64,000 nt of DNA from an uncultured Veillonellaceae bacterium (GTDB lineage: Bacteria; Bacillota; Negativicutes; JARBTT01): positions 1,792,001 to 1,856,000 of the forward strand of contig CAWDTA010000002.1 in the NCBI GenBank assembly GCA_963805085.1, given 5' to 3'. A program made the translations under genes and the position numbers. Shown here one piece after another: positions 62,224 through 64,000 of this stretch; positions within the stretch are counted from its first letter, which is position 1; each line of letters opens with the position of its first letter. Under the pieces are notes generated by a model. It saw nothing but the letters and a program-made list of their open reading frames with translations. It was not told where the DNA came from and did not search any database.

Positions 62224-63885
62224 ATGGCTAAAGATAAAAATTCATTAAAGATACTCGGTAATAGCTGTATTGTTAAAGGGGATTATCAAGGGGCAATTCG
62301 CTATGCAGAAGAGATTTTGTCTGTAGACGAAAATGATCTGGATGCAATGTATATGGCTGCTGCTTCGTATATGAATAACAATGAGTATGATAACGCTATT
62401 GCGATGGGAAATAAGTTGCTGGAAATCAATGAGCAATATATTGCGATTTATGTTGTTTTAGCGCATTGCTATAAAAGACAATTTAAGATAGACGAAGAAC
62501 TTGCTTTGCTAAACAAGGCTCTGGAAATAGCTGATGGATCAATTTTTAGTAGTGAAATTTATAGCTTGCTTGGCTCAGCTTATAGCTTGCTAGGTTATCA
62601 TAAAAAATCAATGGAATGTTTTCTGCAAACTTGTTTGCTGGAAAAAAATAATAATCAAAAACTTGTGGAGTATAGCAATTATCTTTTTGCAACAAACTAC
62701 GTACTTGATATTAGCAATGAAGAAATGTTAGAAGGCCATATTAAGTATAATGCGTTTTTAACGGATATCAATCGTTATGAACATAGTTCTAGGCGTAGAA
62801 AAAATAAGCTGAGAATTGGCTATGTATCACCGGATTTTCATCAGCATGCTGTTGTATTTTTTAGCTATCCTTTAATTGCTAATTTTAATAAAAATGAATT
62901 TGAAGTTATTTGCTATTCCAATGGACTAGAAGATGGCGTAACAGAGCATTTAAAAAATTTAGTATCAGCCTGGCGTGATATCAGAGGAATGAAGTCAGAG
63001 GACGCTGCTAAGCTAATATATGATGATGAGATTGATATCTTAGTCGATTTAGCAGGACATACCGCCAACAATTGTCTGCCTATTTTTGCTCGTAAACCTG
63101 CGCCTATTCAGGTAAGTGGGATTGGCTATTTTAATACGACTGGCCTAAAAGAAATGGACTATTTTTTCACTGATATTCATTGTGATCCAATTGGAAAAAA
63201 TGACAGTTGTTTTAGCGAAGAATTGGTGCGATTGCCGCACAGTCATTTTTGTTACACGGCGAAAGAGAATATGCCACAATGTCAGGGGGCACCTTGTAAA
63301 GAAAATAATTTTATTACATTTGGCTGTTTTAATAATTATTCAAAGATAACGGATGAATTATTAGTTTTATGGAAAGAAATTTTAGCAGAGGTACCAAACT
63401 CAAAATTAATCTTAAAAAGTCGTGTCTTTGCCAGCGAATTTGGCAGGCAGATTGCACAAACTCGAATGAAAGAGATCGGCATTGCTATAGAGCGAGTGGA
63501 GTTACGACCTTTTAGTTCAGATTATTTAGAGGAGTATCATGAAGTCGACATTGCGCTTGATACCTATCCATATCCGGGTGGAGCAACGACTTGTGAAGCT
63601 CTGTATATGGGAGTGCCTGTGCTTTCACTTGTTGGCGATCGTCATGGTTCACGATTTGGCTATAGTATTTTAAAAAATCTTGGATTAGAGGAGTGTATCT
63701 CTTTCAGTGGTGAGGACTATATAAAAAAAGCGGTTGCTTTTGCTAGAGATAAAGAGCTGCTAGATGTTTTACATAAAAATTTAAGAACGTTAATGAAAAA
63801 ATCTTCATTGATGAACCAGAGACAGTATATTCAAGAGGTTGAACTGGTATATCATGCGATGTGGGAGCAGTTTTGTAGTAAATAA
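62224..63885 (+). CDS. SPINDLY-like TPR-GT41 protein O-glycosyltransferase
   Basis: GYVSPDFHQH, VDLAGHTANN, LDTYPYPGGATTCEALYMGVP. Confidence 0.9.
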   Translation: MAKDKNSLKILGNSCIVKGDYQGAIRYAEEILSVDENDLDAMYMAAASYMNNNEYDNAIAMGNKLLEINEQYIAIYVVLAHCYKRQFKIDEELALLNKALEIADGSIFSSEIYSLLGSAYSLLGYHKKSMECFLQTCLLEKNNNQKLVEYSNYLFATNYVLDISNEEMLEGHIKYNAFLTDINRYEHSSRRRKNKLRIGYVSPDFHQHAVVFFSYPLIANFNKNEFEVICYSNGLEDGVTEHLKNLVSAWRDIRGMKSEDAAKLIYDDEIDILVDLAGHTANNCLPIFARKPAPIQVSGIGYFNTTGLKEMDYFFTDIHCDPIGKNDSCFSEELVRLPHSHFCYTAKENMPQCQGAPCKENNFITFGCFNNYSKITDELLVLWKEILAEVPNSKLILKSRVFASEFGRQIAQTRMKEIGIAIERVELRPFSSDYLEEYHEVDIALDTYPYPGGATTCEALYMGVPVLSLVGDRHGSRFGYSILKNLGLEECISFSGEDYIKKAVAFARDKELLDVLHKNLRTLMKKSSLMNQRQYIQEVELVYHAMWEQFCSK

Positions 63886-63912
63886 AATGAAGGTTATAAA
63901 TGGAGTAATTTT

Positions 63913-64000
63913 ATGAATCAGGATAACAATCAGCTAAAATCAATAGCTAATCAACATATGAAAGAACGCAATTATTTTGCCGCTATTCAGTGTGCGGAAA
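63913..64000 (+). CDS. Start of next ORF (probable TPR protein), 3'-truncated
   Basis: GGAG RBS; MNQDNNQLKSIANQHMKERNYFAAIQCAE resembles the N-termini of the preceding TPR-GT41 proteins. Confidence 0.55.
   Translation, partial: MNQDNNQLKSIANQHMKERNYFAAIQCAE

Overview
Chromosomal window from a low-GC, flagellated Negativicutes-like firmicute (Selenomonadales/Sporomusaceae-type; inferred from the 16S, the flagellin type and the gene content). Order: dnaX(partial)-ebfC-recR-yaaL-bofA; a tRNA-less rRNA operon whose 16S carries a ~100-nt insertion in helix 6; HD-GYP, GH18 and LCP genes; a ComK-like gene with a perfect LexA box; ABC-F, an orphan sigma factor, recD2 and comFC; the late flagellar cluster (yvyF, flgM, 2x flgN, flgK, flgL, yviE, fliW, csrA, flaG, fliD, fliS, fliT, fliC); then a >32-kb AT-rich glycosylation island. 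The island encodes GT2-TPR transferases, a CDP-3,6-dideoxy/branched-chain sugar pathway (RfbF/G/H, a YerE-like ThDP enzyme, a split transketolase, a radical SAM enzyme, FkbM methyltransferases, a mutase) and a tandem array of SPINDLY-like GT41 transferases, part of it behind a sigma-28-like promoter. Best candidate for an undescribed system: the SPINDLY-like array together with proline-depleted, Ser/Thr-loaded flagellar axial proteins. Two families of ~180-bp structured non-coding repeats (3 copies each, with compensatory changes) are also present; one copy lies in the rRNA spacer and one supplies the C-terminus of the sigma factor. All calls were made by eye; no searches or folding programs were run.
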